DNA of 32,000 bases from assembly GCF_000023965.1 (NCBI RefSeq), contig NC_013202.1, positions 2,130,001 through 2,162,000 on the forward strand, given 5' to 3'. Position numbers and translations under genes: made by a program. Shown here piece after piece: positions 1 to 10,932 of this stretch; positions within the stretch are counted from its first letter, which is position 1, and each line of letters opens with the position of its first letter. Under the pieces are notes generated by a model that was not told where the DNA came from, searched no databases, and saw only the letters and a program-made list of their open reading frames with translations. This DNA comes from Halomicrobium mukohataei DSM 12286. GTDB lineage: Archaea > Halobacteriota > Halobacteria > Halobacteriales > Haloarculaceae.

Positions 1-1
1 C

Positions 2-1534
2 GCTCCCGTCAGGTCCCACCCGAGCTTCAGGGCACACCCGCCCTTGCTGGAGTTGGGATCGGAGACGAGTGTTCCGTCGGCCGTCGCCGCCGAGACGCCG
101 GACACCGGGATCGAGTTCCTGGTCCCGCCGGAACTGGATCGGCTCTTCGTCGCCGCGCCGCTCGCGTACTACCTCGGCGCGACCGTCGAGGTAACCGACT
201 GCGACGCGCCCGTGTTACGGGCCGACGACCCCTCGATTCGGTACGAGTTCGACGATCTCCCCGGCTTCCAGCATCAGTGCGCGCAGCTCCTGCGGCGGGC
301 CTTCTTCCTCGACTGTCAGGCTCGCCGGGTCGCGCCCGACCGGGCGTCAAGCGACGGGCTCGAACAGCTCCCGATCGATCTGGACTCGCTGTGTCAGCTC
401 GGCCCCGCGGCCCGTCTCGAACAGTGTCTCTCGCTGTCCGAGCGGAATCTGGACGCGCTGTTGCCCGACTGGCACCTCTCGACGTACGCCAAACCGACGC
501 CGGGCCGGATCACGTGTCTCCCCTTCCTGCTGGACAGACTCAGCCTCGTTTACCTCCCGCGCGCGACCGAGCTCGACCGGGACGAACTGCTCGAACAGAC
601 GCTGTCGGACGCCTACACTGCACGCGGCGAGACCGCCACGTCGGGCGTACTCAAACCGGAGCTACAGGCCGGACAGCTCCACGCGTGGCTCGCGCCGGGG
701 ACGCCGATCCACGCGTTCAAGCCCCTCCCGAAAGCGTACCACAACCGCGGCAAGTACCGGCATCGAAGCAACGACCAGCTCCAGGTCGGCGTCGTCCTCA
801 ACGACGACGCGATGTGCGAGGAACACCAGATCGTCTCCGACATCTACGAGGAGCGTGCCGCCGATCTCCCGATCGACGTGACGATCCAGTCGCGGCTCGA
901 CCGCACCGAACTGGCGGCCACGTTCGAGGCGAAAAACGACTTCGTCCACTACATCGGGCACTGCGAGGACGGCGGGCTGCGGTGTACGGACGGCACGCTC
1001 GACGTGGCCGAGATCGAGGAGTCGAACACGCAGACGTTCTTCCTCAACGCCTGTGGCTCCTACGACCAGGGGCTCTCGCTGGTCGAGCGGGGCTCGATCG
1101 CGGGCGGTGTCACCTTCGAGAAAGTGCTCGACCAGCAGGCCGCGAAGGTCGGGACCGCGTTCGCGCGGCTGCTCGTCCACGGCTTCAGCATCGAGCGGGC
1201 GCTCCAGCTCGCCCGTCGACGGATCATGATGGGGAAAGACTACGCCGTCGTCGGCGACGGCACGTACGCGCTCTTGCCGAGTCCCAAACAGCCCGCGGTC
1301 GTCAAGATTGCCGACGCGGGAGAGCGCTACACCGTCAGCTGCGAGATGTTGACGGCCCAGTCTAACGGGGACCGGTACGACCTCCCTTTCGACGGCAGAG
1401 AGATTCTCAACGGCGACACGCTGGAGAAGACCGTGACCGGGGCGGAACTGCGCGAGGTCCTCGACGCCAAGTCTCTGCCCGTGATCTACGACGGCGACTT
1501 CCACTGGTCGGAGGAACTGGTCGACGAACTCTGA
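2..1534 (+). CDS. Hypothetical protein, probably 5'-partial at the window edge, with a C-terminal CHAT/caspase-like His-Cys domain
   Basis: The frame is open from nt 2. There is no in-frame stop before the TTG at 44, and the first ATG is about codon 257, so the true start probably lies left of the window. The C-terminal third has 'DFVHYIGHCEDGG' (His codons 947-949 and 959-961) and 'TFFLNACGSYDQG' (Cys codon 1052-1054), each after a hydrophobic strand. A following helical 'AAKVGTAFARLLVHGFSIERALQLARR' segment fits the caspase-fold CHAT pattern. Confidence 0.6.
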   Translation, partial: APVRSHPSFRAHPPLLELGSETSVPSAVAAETPDTGIEFLVPPELDRLFVAAPLAYYLGATVEVTDCDAPVLRADDPSIRYEFDDLPGFQHQCAQLLRRAFFLDCQARRVAPDRASSDGLEQLPIDLDSLCQLGPAARLEQCLSLSERNLDALLPDWHLSTYAKPTPGRITCLPFLLDRLSLVYLPRATELDRDELLEQTLSDAYTARGETATSGVLKPELQAGQLHAWLAPGTPIHAFKPLPKAYHNRGKYRHRSNDQLQVGVVLNDDAMCEEHQIVSDIYEERAADLPIDVTIQSRLDRTELAATFEAKNDFVHYIGHCEDGGLRCTDGTLDVAEIEESNTQTFFLNACGSYDQGLSLVERGSIAGGVTFEKVLDQQAAKVGTAFARLLVHGFSIERALQLARRRIMMGKDYAVVGDGTYALLPSPKQPAVVKIADAGERYTVSCEMLTAQSNGDRYDLPFDGREILNGDTLEKTVTGAELREVLDAKSLPVIYDGDFHWSEELVDEL

Positions 1535-1690
1535 TCGCTCACGGGGACTCTCCGCGGGGCGATCGTCGCTTCCCCGTCGACGTGGCCGGGCTGTCTGTCA
1601 TTGTCCCCCAAACGGTACCGGCAACAATTATGTCTTGACGGCGTGGCAGTATTATCTCTGCAGACGAATTCAATCGAAGTCGGCCAGTAA

Positions 1691-1700
1691 AATTAAATAT
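1691..1700 (+). promoter_or_regulatory. TATA-like box (AATTAAATAT) for the 1729 gene
   Basis: An AT-rich element in a low-GC intergenic region, about 29-38 nt upstream of ATG 1729. The spacing fits a leaderless haloarchaeal transcript. Confidence 0.5.
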
Positions 1701-1728
1701 GACAAAATCGTAGTAGTCTAACAGAAGC

Positions 1729-2547
1729 ATGCGTTCGAACCTACTCGAAGACGACGTAAGAACTGTTCTGTCCGAAGCACTGGACAGTGAAGACAGTTCG
1801 CTCACAGTTGTTAATCCCTCTAGAGAAACGCTTTCGGAACTCGTCTCGGTGCTGGACGAACACGAGGATCCGCCCGCCGTCCGCCTCCTCGCGGAGAACC
1901 GAGCCCTGAAAGACGAGATGGGCGACTTCATCGTCGCGAGCACGGCCGCGGACCTGGTCGAGGCCGACGTGCTGGAGCTGAAGATCCTCGAAGACGTTCC
2001 GAACCACTCGCTGCTGATCGGCTCCGAGAGCGTCGTGTCGCTCATCGACGCCGGTGACGCGGTCGCCGGACTCACGTCCGACGAGGACGCGTTCCTCGAC
2101 GACATCTCGTCGTTCTACGACGACGAGTGGGACCGCGCCGACAGCTACTCGCTGCGGACGCCAGCGATGTCCCGCGTGATGGACACGCTGGAGTCCGACA
2201 TCGGTCCCGAGACGGCCGCAGACTTCGAGGGCGTGCTCGCCTCGCTCCAGACCGCACGCGGGGACGGCGACGGGCTCGACGAGGTGACGATCAGTCTGCT
2301 GGTCGCTGCCAAGAACGGCGAGTTGCTCTACGACATCAGCAAGTGGGGCGAGGACATCGGCCTGGCGAGCAAGGCGACGTTCTCCCGCACCAAGACGACC
2401 CTCGAAGACATGGGCCTGATCGACACCGAGAAGGTGCCCATCGACGTGGGCCGGCCGCGGCTCCGGCTGATGCTGGGCGACGAGCGGCTCCAGTCGGTCG
2501 ACAGCGACGAACTCGCGAGCGTCGCGCAGGGCATTATCGCCTCCTAG
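1729..2547 (+). CDS. Acidic winged-helix DNA-binding protein (possibly the haloarchaeal TbsP/DUF5821-type regulator family)
   Basis: An ATG start with an upstream TATA and haloarchaeal codon bias. The C-terminal segment 'LLYDISKWGEDIGLASKATFSRTKTTLEDMGLIDTEKVPIDVGRPRLRL' looks like an HTH plus wing. The family name is from memory only. Confidence 0.55.
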   Translation: MRSNLLEDDVRTVLSEALDSEDSSLTVVNPSRETLSELVSVLDEHEDPPAVRLLAENRALKDEMGDFIVASTAADLVEADVLELKILEDVPNHSLLIGSESVVSLIDAGDAVAGLTSDEDAFLDDISSFYDDEWDRADSYSLRTPAMSRVMDTLESDIGPETAADFEGVLASLQTARGDGDGLDEVTISLLVAAKNGELLYDISKWGEDIGLASKATFSRTKTTLEDMGLIDTEKVPIDVGRPRLRLMLGDERLQSVDSDELASVAQGIIAS

Positions 2548-2549
2548 GC

Positions 2550-2557
2550 TTTTTTAC
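2550..2557 (+). promoter_or_regulatory. TATA-like box (TTTTTTAC) for the YcaO gene
   Basis: It lies 24-31 nt upstream of ATG 2581, immediately after the stop of the preceding gene. Confidence 0.45.
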
Positions 2558-2580
2558 CCCGACTACTGTTACTCGCCGGC

Positions 2581-4314
2581 ATGGGTACGGTAGTGGACGT
2601 TGTGGGGAGTGGACCGGCGACGGAGAGCCTTCTCGCGACACTCGACGACCTCGACGTGAGTATCGACCACCGGGAAGCGCCCGCCGTCGACAGCGCCGAC
2701 TTCGCGGTCGTCGTCGACGAGACCGGGGCCGCGACGTTCGAGACCGCCAGCGAGCAGGCCCGCGACGGTGGGACGCCGTGGCTCGCGGTCGAACTCGGCG
2801 GCGTCGGCGGCCGCCCGGTCGTCCCGGCAGCGGTCACTGGATTCGACCCCGACCGCGAGTGCTACGACTGTCTGTGCGGCCGTATCGAAGCCAACACGAC
2901 GGCGGCCGCCGAGGGTGGGGAGGACCCCGGACCAGCGACGCTGCGCGTCGCTGGGGCCGTCGCCGGGGAGGCCGTCGCCGACTATCTCGCTGCCGGCTCC
3001 GCACGGACCGACGCTGACTCGTCGGTGCTGGGCCACGTGGTCGAGTTGCCCCACCGGAAACGCCGTTTCTTCCCGCTGCCGGGCTGTTCGTGTGGCGGCG
3101 AGCGCGAGACGACGATCGATCGCTCTCACGCTACGGTCGACACCGAGCAGGCGCTCGAACGCGCCGAGCGGGCGCTGGACGACCGGGTTGGGATCGTCCA
3201 GCAGGTCGGCGAGGCGGAGTCGTTCCCGGCACCCTACTACCTCGCACAGCTCACCGACACGTCCGGATTCAGCGACGTCACGGCCCCGCGACAGGCGGCC
3301 GGCGTCGCGGCCGACTGGGACGGGGCGTTCATGAAAGCGCTCGGCGAGTCCTACGAGCGCTACGCTGCCGGCGTGTACACGGCCGCGGAGACGACGACCG
3401 CCACGGCGGCGTCGCTGGACGACGCGGTCGCGCCCGAGGCCTTCGTCGCGCCCGACGACGCCGGCGCGGACGCGACGACCGAACTCGACTGGATCGGAGC
3501 CCGGAACCTCGCGACCGACGAGTCGGCGCTGGTGCCCGCCGAACTCGTCTTTCACCCGCCCGTCGGGTCCCACGTTCGCCCGCCCCTGACGACCGGGCTG
3601 GGACTGGGATCGTCGGGCTGTGAGGCGCTGTTGGCCGGACTTTACGAGGTGATCGAACGGGACGCGGCGATGCTGTCGTGGTACTCGACGTTCGAGCCGC
3701 TGGGGCTGACCGTCGACGACGACGTGTTCGGGACGCTGTACGAGCGGGCCGCGTCGGAGGGACTGACGGTGACGCCGCTGCTGCTGACACAGGACGTGGA
3801 CGTGCCCGTCGTCGCCGTCGCCGTTCACCGGGACGAGTGGCCCAGCTTCGCCATCGGGTCGGCGGCCGATCTCGACCCCGAGCAGGCCGCTCTCGGCGCG
3901 CTCGAAGAGGCGCTCCAGAACTGGATGGAGCTTCGGAGCATGGGCCCCGAACAGGCCGCGGAGGCCAGCGGCGCGATCGGGGAGTACGCCGACAAGCCAG
4001 ACCGGGCTGTCGACCTGCTGGCGTACGATCAGACCATCCCGGCCGAGGCGGTCGGCCCAGACGCCGTCGACGACGGCGAGGCCGAACTGGACGCCCTCGT
4101 CGCAGCGCTCTCGGAAGCCGGACTGACGCCGTACGCGACGCGGACGACGACGCGGGATCTGGACGAACTCGGCTTCGAGGGCGTCCGCGTGTTGGTGCCC
4201 GAGGCCCAACCCCTGTTCCTCGGCGACGCCTTCTTCGGGGAGCGAGCGGAGACGGTCCCGACCGAACTCGGCTTCGAGCCGCGACTCGATCGCCCACACC
4301 ACCCGTTCCCGTAG
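2581..4314 (+). CDS. Fused E1-like (ThiF/'cyclodehydratase C'-type) / YcaO-domain protein
   Basis: The N-terminal ~175 aa has a Rossmann-like 'VVDVVGSGPA', 'CYDCLC' (codons 2860-2877) and 'PGCSCGG' (3085-3093), giving an E1-type Cys4 zinc arrangement. The C-terminal ~400 aa has YcaO signatures: 'GLGLGSSGCEALLAGLYEVIERDAAMLSWY' (ExxERD at 3646-3663) and a proline-rich C-terminus 'PHHPFP*' (4297-4314). Confidence 0.85.
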   Translation: MGTVVDVVGSGPATESLLATLDDLDVSIDHREAPAVDSADFAVVVDETGAATFETASEQARDGGTPWLAVELGGVGGRPVVPAAVTGFDPDRECYDCLCGRIEANTTAAAEGGEDPGPATLRVAGAVAGEAVADYLAAGSARTDADSSVLGHVVELPHRKRRFFPLPGCSCGGERETTIDRSHATVDTEQALERAERALDDRVGIVQQVGEAESFPAPYYLAQLTDTSGFSDVTAPRQAAGVAADWDGAFMKALGESYERYAAGVYTAAETTTATAASLDDAVAPEAFVAPDDAGADATTELDWIGARNLATDESALVPAELVFHPPVGSHVRPPLTTGLGLGSSGCEALLAGLYEVIERDAAMLSWYSTFEPLGLTVDDDVFGTLYERAASEGLTVTPLLLTQDVDVPVVAVAVHRDEWPSFAIGSAADLDPEQAALGALEEALQNWMELRSMGPEQAAEASGAIGEYADKPDRAVDLLAYDQTIPAEAVGPDAVDDGEAELDALVAALSEAGLTPYATRTTTRDLDELGFEGVRVLVPEAQPLFLGDAFFGERAETVPTELGFEPRLDRPHHPFP

Positions 4315-4388
4315 ATCCACACCACGGGATCGACCGCGTGGAATCGGATCGCTGGTGGTCTGTCGAATCTCCATCTGAGCGTTCGGTA

Positions 4389-4396
4389 GTTTATTG
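4389..4396 (+). promoter_or_regulatory. TATA-like box (GTTTATTG) flanked by a 7-bp inverted repeat
   Basis: TTTATT lies 26-31 nt upstream of ATG 4421. GCGTTCG (4379-4385) and CGAACGC (4408-4414) bracket it. Confidence 0.45.
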
Positions 4397-4420
4397 ACAG
4401 TTTCGATCGAACGCCGGCAT

Positions 4421-6951
<2,531 letters not shown>

Positions 6952-6983
6952 TCACACCCACGCGTCGCGTTCCAGCGGCGGTC

Positions 6984-7826
6984 TCAGTCGGCGCTTTCCC
7001 CGCGGACCTGCGCGACGGCGTCGAGCACGGCCCCGTGATTGGCACCGTTCGACGCCACCATCCCCTCGCTGTCCGGGGTCCAGCGGTCGCCGTCGACGTC
7101 CGTGACGGTCCCGCCCGCCGCGCGGACCATGTGGACGCCGGCCACGGTGTCCCAGGCGTTCGCGGACTGCGTACAGACCGCGGCGTCGAACCCGCCGTCG
7201 GCCAGCAGCGACAGGGTCGCCTGGAACGAGCCCAGCCGTCGCACGTCGCCCAGCTCCTCGTCGGCGATTCGACACAGCTCGCCGAAGGCGGTCGCGTCCT
7301 CCCAGCGGTTGACGACGGCGACCAGGAACGCGTCGGTGTCGGCCTCCTCGCTGACCCGCATCGACTTGCCGTCCCGGGTCACGCTCTCGGGCCCCGCCGC
7401 GTAGAGGTCGCCCATTGCCGGGAGGTAGTTCGCCGATCCGACCGGTTCGCCGTCGACCAGCGCCGTGACGCTTGTCGCCCACGTCCGATTCCCGCGGACG
7501 AAGTTCGTCGTGCCGTCGATCGGATCGACGATCCAGGCGGGGCCGGACTCGGGCACGTTCTCGACCAGCGTCTCTTCGACCGCGTCGCTCTCCGGCCCGG
7601 CGAGCTGGGGGCTGTCCTCCTCACAGACGAACTGGTCGCCGGAGAACTCTTCTCGGATCGTCGCGACGACCTGCTGTTGGGCCTCTCTGTCGGCTATCGT
7701 CACCAGATCGGTCTTGTCGGCCTTGGTCTCGATCTCGAAGGTCCCGCGGAACCGCTCGCGAGCGACGACGCCGCCGGCACGCGCTGCGCGCTCGGCGATC
7801 GCCGCCCGGTGGTGGACGTCTGTCAT
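6984..7826 (-). CDS. Inositol monophosphatase / FBPase-family phosphatase
   Basis: The motifs 'DLVTIADREAQ' and 'WIVDPIDGTTNFVRG' are present. The start is set at the internal ATG (7826, 'MTDVHHRAA') because a TATA-like ACAAATAG (7848-7855, minus-strand CTATTTGT) lies 22-29 nt upstream. Confidence 0.88.
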   Translation of the reverse strand: MTDVHHRAAIAERAARAGGVVARERFRGTFEIETKADKTDLVTIADREAQQQVVATIREEFSGDQFVCEEDSPQLAGPESDAVEETLVENVPESGPAWIVDPIDGTTNFVRGNRTWATSVTALVDGEPVGSANYLPAMGDLYAAGPESVTRDGKSMRVSEEADTDAFLVAVVNRWEDATAFGELCRIADEELGDVRRLGSFQATLSLLADGGFDAAVCTQSANAWDTVAGVHMVRAAGGTVTDVDGDRWTPDSEGMVASNGANHGAVLDAVAQVRGESAD

Positions 7827-7884
7827 GCCGTGGAATCTGTCGTCCTGACAAATAGCCTCACCGCTTCCGACCGCCCCGTCGACG

Positions 7885-8082
7885 CTACTCTCTCGGTGCT
7901 TCGTCGGCGGCTGCGAGGATCGACTCAGCGATGTCACGGGCCTCCTCGGGCGTGTACAGGACCTGATTCCCGAGGGACTGTTCGATGCGGACGTACCCGT
8001 CGTCTGTCTCGATGGAGAAAAACGCCGTGTTCTCCAGCGGTGTCACGTCGAGACCGGTTGGCTCGCGCTGATCCGTAGCCAT
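7885..8082 (-). CDS. Small acidic conserved hypothetical protein (65 aa)
   Basis: The start is set at 'MATDQREP' (ATG 8082), with a minus-strand TATA-like TTTAAG at about 8108-8116. The composition is typical of haloarchaeal proteins. Confidence 0.55.
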   Translation of the reverse strand: MATDQREPTGLDVTPLENTAFFSIETDDGYVRIEQSLGNQVLYTPEEARDIAESILAAADEAPRE

Positions 8083-8355
8083 GTGACAGTCTACCACGCC
8101 GACGGGCTTAAATCTACGCCATGGTGAAACGAACGCTTGACACATCCGCTCTTTCTCCCGCTGTTTCTCGTTGCGACGTGCTCCTGGTCACTCGGTGGGT
8201 GCCGATACCGGGACGACTGTTCGGTCGGCGTCGGTAGAAGTTTGCGAGGGAAGATCGCTCCGTCGGATCTCCCAGCGCCGGTCGCTGTTTGCGGGGGCCG
8301 CGTGGGCCACATACCGAGTGCATTCCGCACCGACACGCGTCGTGTCGCCGCGTCA

Positions 8356-8439
8356 TGCGAGGGAAGGGATTTGAACCCTTGGACCCCTACGGGAGCGGAT
8401 CTTGAGTCCGCCGCCGTTTCCAGGCTTGGCTACCCTCGC
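8356..8439 (-). tRNA. tRNA-Leu (anticodon CAA)
   Basis: The reverse complement folds as a cloverleaf: GCGAGGG acceptor stem, GCGGA/CTCAAGA/TCCGC anticodon arm (CAA), long variable arm TCCCGTAGGGGTCC, T-arm AAGGG TTCAAAT CCCTT, and discriminator A. CCA is not encoded. Confidence 0.93.
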
Positions 8440-8470
8440 ACGCTTTGCGTTCGGGTTCAGTGTGGGGAAG

Positions 8471-8477
8471 TATATAT
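8471..8477 (-). promoter_or_regulatory. TATA box (TATATAT) upstream of tRNA-Leu(CAA)
   Basis: It lies 32-38 nt upstream of the mature tRNA 5' end. The second tRNA-Leu in the window shows similar spacing. Confidence 0.5.
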
Positions 8478-8539
8478 GCAGTACGGAACGATTCTGTCGC
8501 GTCCGAACTGTTTTGTCCGGTTGACTGGAGACTCCGGAT

Positions 8540-8830
8540 ATGCCCTCCGAGATCGAGTACTGTCCGTTCTGCGGGGCGCGGTTGGCGGACGAGGAGTCAC
8601 TCGACGACCACTGTGGGGACGCCGAGGAGTGTGCGAACGCCCGCGACCGCTGGCAGTCGAGCCGCCCGCGTGGGTCGCTCCTCGCGAGCCGGCGACAGCG
8701 TGCCCTGGGCTGGGTCGTCGCGGGCGCGGTCGTGCTCTACGCGTTCGTGCAGGCGTCGCTCCTGCTCGGGATCATCGCGAGCGTCGTCGTTCTCGCCGTC
8801 GCTCACGTCGACTGGACGGGGCTCGCGTAG
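8540..8830 (+). CDS. Small zinc-ribbon-like membrane protein (96 aa)
   Basis: The N-terminus has 'CPFCG' plus 'HCGDAEEC'. The C-terminus has a ~35-residue hydrophobic stretch, '[33 protein letters not shown]'. Confidence 0.55.
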   Translation: MPSEIEYCPFCGARLADEESLDDHCGDAEECANARDRWQSSRPRGSLLASRRQRALGWVVAGAVVLYAFVQASLLLGIIASVVVLAVAHVDWTGLA

Positions 8831-8880
8831 CGTCCGCCGTCGAGCGGAGGGATTACCTCCCCGCCACTCCTGTACTCGGT

Positions 8881-9375
8881 ATGGACGATCACACCCGCGA
8901 TTACGATGTCGCCCCGCCGGTTTCGGGGAACCCGACGGGCTGGGACCGGGATCGTCGCGCGTCGAACGGGTGGGAACACGGCACGCTCCGCGGGGCCGTG
9001 GTCCACGGCGTTCGACTCTACAACGCCGGGGAGTTTCACGAGGCCCACGACTGCTTCGAAGCGGAGTGGTACAACTACGGACAGGGGACCACGGAGAGCG
9101 CGTTTCTCCACGGGATGGTGCAGGTCGCCGCGGGTGCGTACAAGCACTTCGACTTCGAGAACGACGACGGGATGCGGAGCCTCTTTCGGACCGCCCTGCA
9201 GTACCTCCAGGGGACGCCGCCGGACTACTACGGCGTCGACGTGCTCGACGTGCGAACGGTGGTGACCGACGCCCTGGACGATCCGACGGCCCTGCACGGC
9301 TGGCAGATCCGGCTGGACGACGAGTGTCCCACCGCACGCGAGCGGGACTTCGAGTACGCCGCGTCCCTGGAGTAG
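8881..9375 (+). CDS. DUF309 domain protein
   Basis: The real gene is the 3' part of the long 8137-9375 track ORF, starting at ATG 8881 ('MDDHTRDY'). It has '[18 protein letters not shown]' and '[15 protein letters not shown]', which are typical of DUF309. Confidence 0.75.
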   Translation: MDDHTRDYDVAPPVSGNPTGWDRDRRASNGWEHGTLRGAVVHGVRLYNAGEFHEAHDCFEAEWYNYGQGTTESAFLHGMVQVAAGAYKHFDFENDDGMRSLFRTALQYLQGTPPDYYGVDVLDVRTVVTDALDDPTALHGWQIRLDDECPTARERDFEYAASLE

Positions 9376-9402
9376 AGGCCGGCGAGCGTGTGATACTTCT
9401 CC

Positions 9403-10218
9403 GTGGAGCCGCTGCATTCTGCTGTGTACGTCGAACAACTGGGCGACGGCGATCCCGAGGTCGCCGTCGTGGGTGGGATTCACGGTGACGAACCCTGCGG
9501 TGTCCACGCGGTCGAGACGCTCCTCGAAGCGTCGCCGACCGTCGAGCGATCCGTCGCGTTCGTGATCGCCAACGAGGCGGCGATCGAGCGCGGCCAGCGC
9601 TACGTCGACACGGACCTGAACCGATCGTTCCCCGGCTCGCCGGACGGCTCTCGCGAGGAGCGACTGGCGGCCAGGCTGGTCGCGGAGATCGGGGACTGTA
9701 CGACGCTGGCGCTGCACTCGACGCGGTCCTACGGCGGGATGTTCGCGCTCGTAGACACGATCGACGACCTCGCGCGGAGCGTCTGCCCGCGACTCCCGAT
9801 CGACGCCGTGATCGAGACGGACGGCTCGAACGAGGGGCGGATCTTCGACGGGATTCCGGCGACGATCGAGGTCGAGTGTGGTTATCAGGGCTCCGAGCAG
9901 GCGGCCGACAACGCCGTCGTGCTGACGCGGGCCTTCCTCCAGGCGGTCGGCGTACTGCCAGCGGAGTCACGCACCGAGCCCAGAGACGTGCCGGTGTACG
10001 AACTCGGCGAGCCGATTCCGAAGGCGATGGGCGAGGTCTACGAGGTGTACGCGGACAACTTCGAGGAGGTCGGTGCCGGCGAGGCGTTCGCCGCCACCGA
10101 CGGCGACCCCCTCGTCGCCGACGAGCCGTTCCACCCGGTGTTGCTCTCGCCAGACGGCTACGAGGACGTGTTCGGCTACACGGCCGAGCGGACCGGCACC
10201 CTCCGAAGTGGCGATTGA
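9403..10218 (+). CDS. Succinylglutamate desuccinylase/aspartoacylase-family (M14-like) zinc hydrolase
   Basis: It has a GTG start and the zinc-binding motif 'VAVVGGIHGDEPCGVHAVETLL'. The length (271 aa) fits the family. Confidence 0.8.
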   Translation: MEPLHSAVYVEQLGDGDPEVAVVGGIHGDEPCGVHAVETLLEASPTVERSVAFVIANEAAIERGQRYVDTDLNRSFPGSPDGSREERLAARLVAEIGDCTTLALHSTRSYGGMFALVDTIDDLARSVCPRLPIDAVIETDGSNEGRIFDGIPATIEVECGYQGSEQAADNAVVLTRAFLQAVGVLPAESRTEPRDVPVYELGEPIPKAMGEVYEVYADNFEEVGAGEAFAATDGDPLVADEPFHPVLLSPDGYEDVFGYTAERTGTLRSGD

Positions 10219-10226
10219 TACGGATT

Positions 10227-10289
10227 ATTGTAGCGATTTACCGGTGATCGTCGCCACGGAGTAGACGATCACCGGTAAGCAACTACAAT
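10227..10289. terminator. Long imperfect inverted repeat between convergent genes (candidate bidirectional terminator or structured element)
   Basis: The arms are ATTGTAGCGATTTACCGGTGATCGTC (10227-10252) and GACGATCACCGGTAAGCAACTACAAT (10264-10289). 22 of 26 positions pair (15 bp perfect core, a 4-nt bubble, then 7 bp), with an 11-nt loop. Confidence 0.5.
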
Positions 10290-10372
10290 AAACCGTATGA
10301 GACGGCGTCTCGTCGCCGTTTCTCCAGTCGACCGAACGACGGCATCGCCGTCCGCGTCGGCGGGCGTGACCG

Positions 10373-10834
10373 TCAGCGGCCGCTGCGCTCTTCGGGCGGT
10401 GCCAGCTCGACGAGCGTGAGGTCACGATCCAGTCCGCAGTAGTCGTGGGGGGGATCGCCGACGATCTCGTCGATGCGGTACTCCTCGTCGAAGGACGCTC
10501 CCGCCGGCTCGCAGTACTCGTGGCTCGGACAGCCGGTGTAGGGACACGGCCCCTCCAGCGTGGCGCTACTCCCGGCGTAGGCTCCTTTCGCGCTGACGTT
10601 GGCTTTGATCGGTGCGGGTTCGACCTCGACGGCCTTGACGCCGCTGTCGTGGACGGCACAGTCCAGTATCTGTCCCGACTCGCGAACGTCTGTGATCCGG
10701 TAGCGCACGCCTTCGGTGAGGTTGAGGCACTGGTCGCGATAGGGACAGCCGTCACAGCCGCTGGCCTCGCCGCGATAGACGAACTCCTCGCCGGCCGTCG
10801 CGAGGCGGGAGCCGATCAGCGTCACGGTAGTCAT
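10373..10834 (-). CDS. UPF0179-family Cys-rich protein
   Basis: A 153-aa protein with spaced Cys motifs ('CDGCPYRDQC', 'CPYTGCPSHEYC') in the archaeal UPF0179 pattern. A minus-strand TATA-like CTATAG lies at about 10858-10864. Confidence 0.65.
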   Translation of the reverse strand: MTTVTLIGSRLATAGEEFVYRGEASGCDGCPYRDQCLNLTEGVRYRITDVRESGQILDCAVHDSGVKAVEVEPAPIKANVSAKGAYAGSSATLEGPCPYTGCPSHEYCEPAGASFDEEYRIDEIVGDPPHDYCGLDRDLTLVELAPPEERSGR

Positions 10835-10900
10835 AGTCGTTCGTTCTCGGGGAAGACCACTATAGGTGTCGACTGGGCCACGGGCCGGTCGCGGGCCACA

Positions 10901-10907
10901 TATTTAC
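10901..10907 (+). promoter_or_regulatory. TATA-like box (TATTTAC) for the pseudokinase gene
   Basis: It lies 26-32 nt upstream of the GTG start at 10933. Confidence 0.4.
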
Positions 10908-10932
10908 GTACCGAACGTCCCTACGTCGGGTA

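Noticed and set aside
1539-1601. A minus-strand mini-ORF (MTDSPATSTGKRRSPRGESP) in the spacer near the YcaO locus, considered as a possible RiPP precursor.
   Set aside because: It is only 20 aa, has no Cys and no Ser/Thr/Gly-rich core, and lies on the opposite strand from the locus. It is the tail of a spurious antisense ORF.
8137-8880. The 5' two-thirds of the 412-aa plus-strand ORF 8137-9375, which runs across the tRNA-Leu(CAA) locus.
   Set aside because: It overlaps a clear tRNA gene and its promoter, and its composition is Arg-rich and non-haloarchaeal. Only the part from ATG 8881 shows the DUF309 signature.
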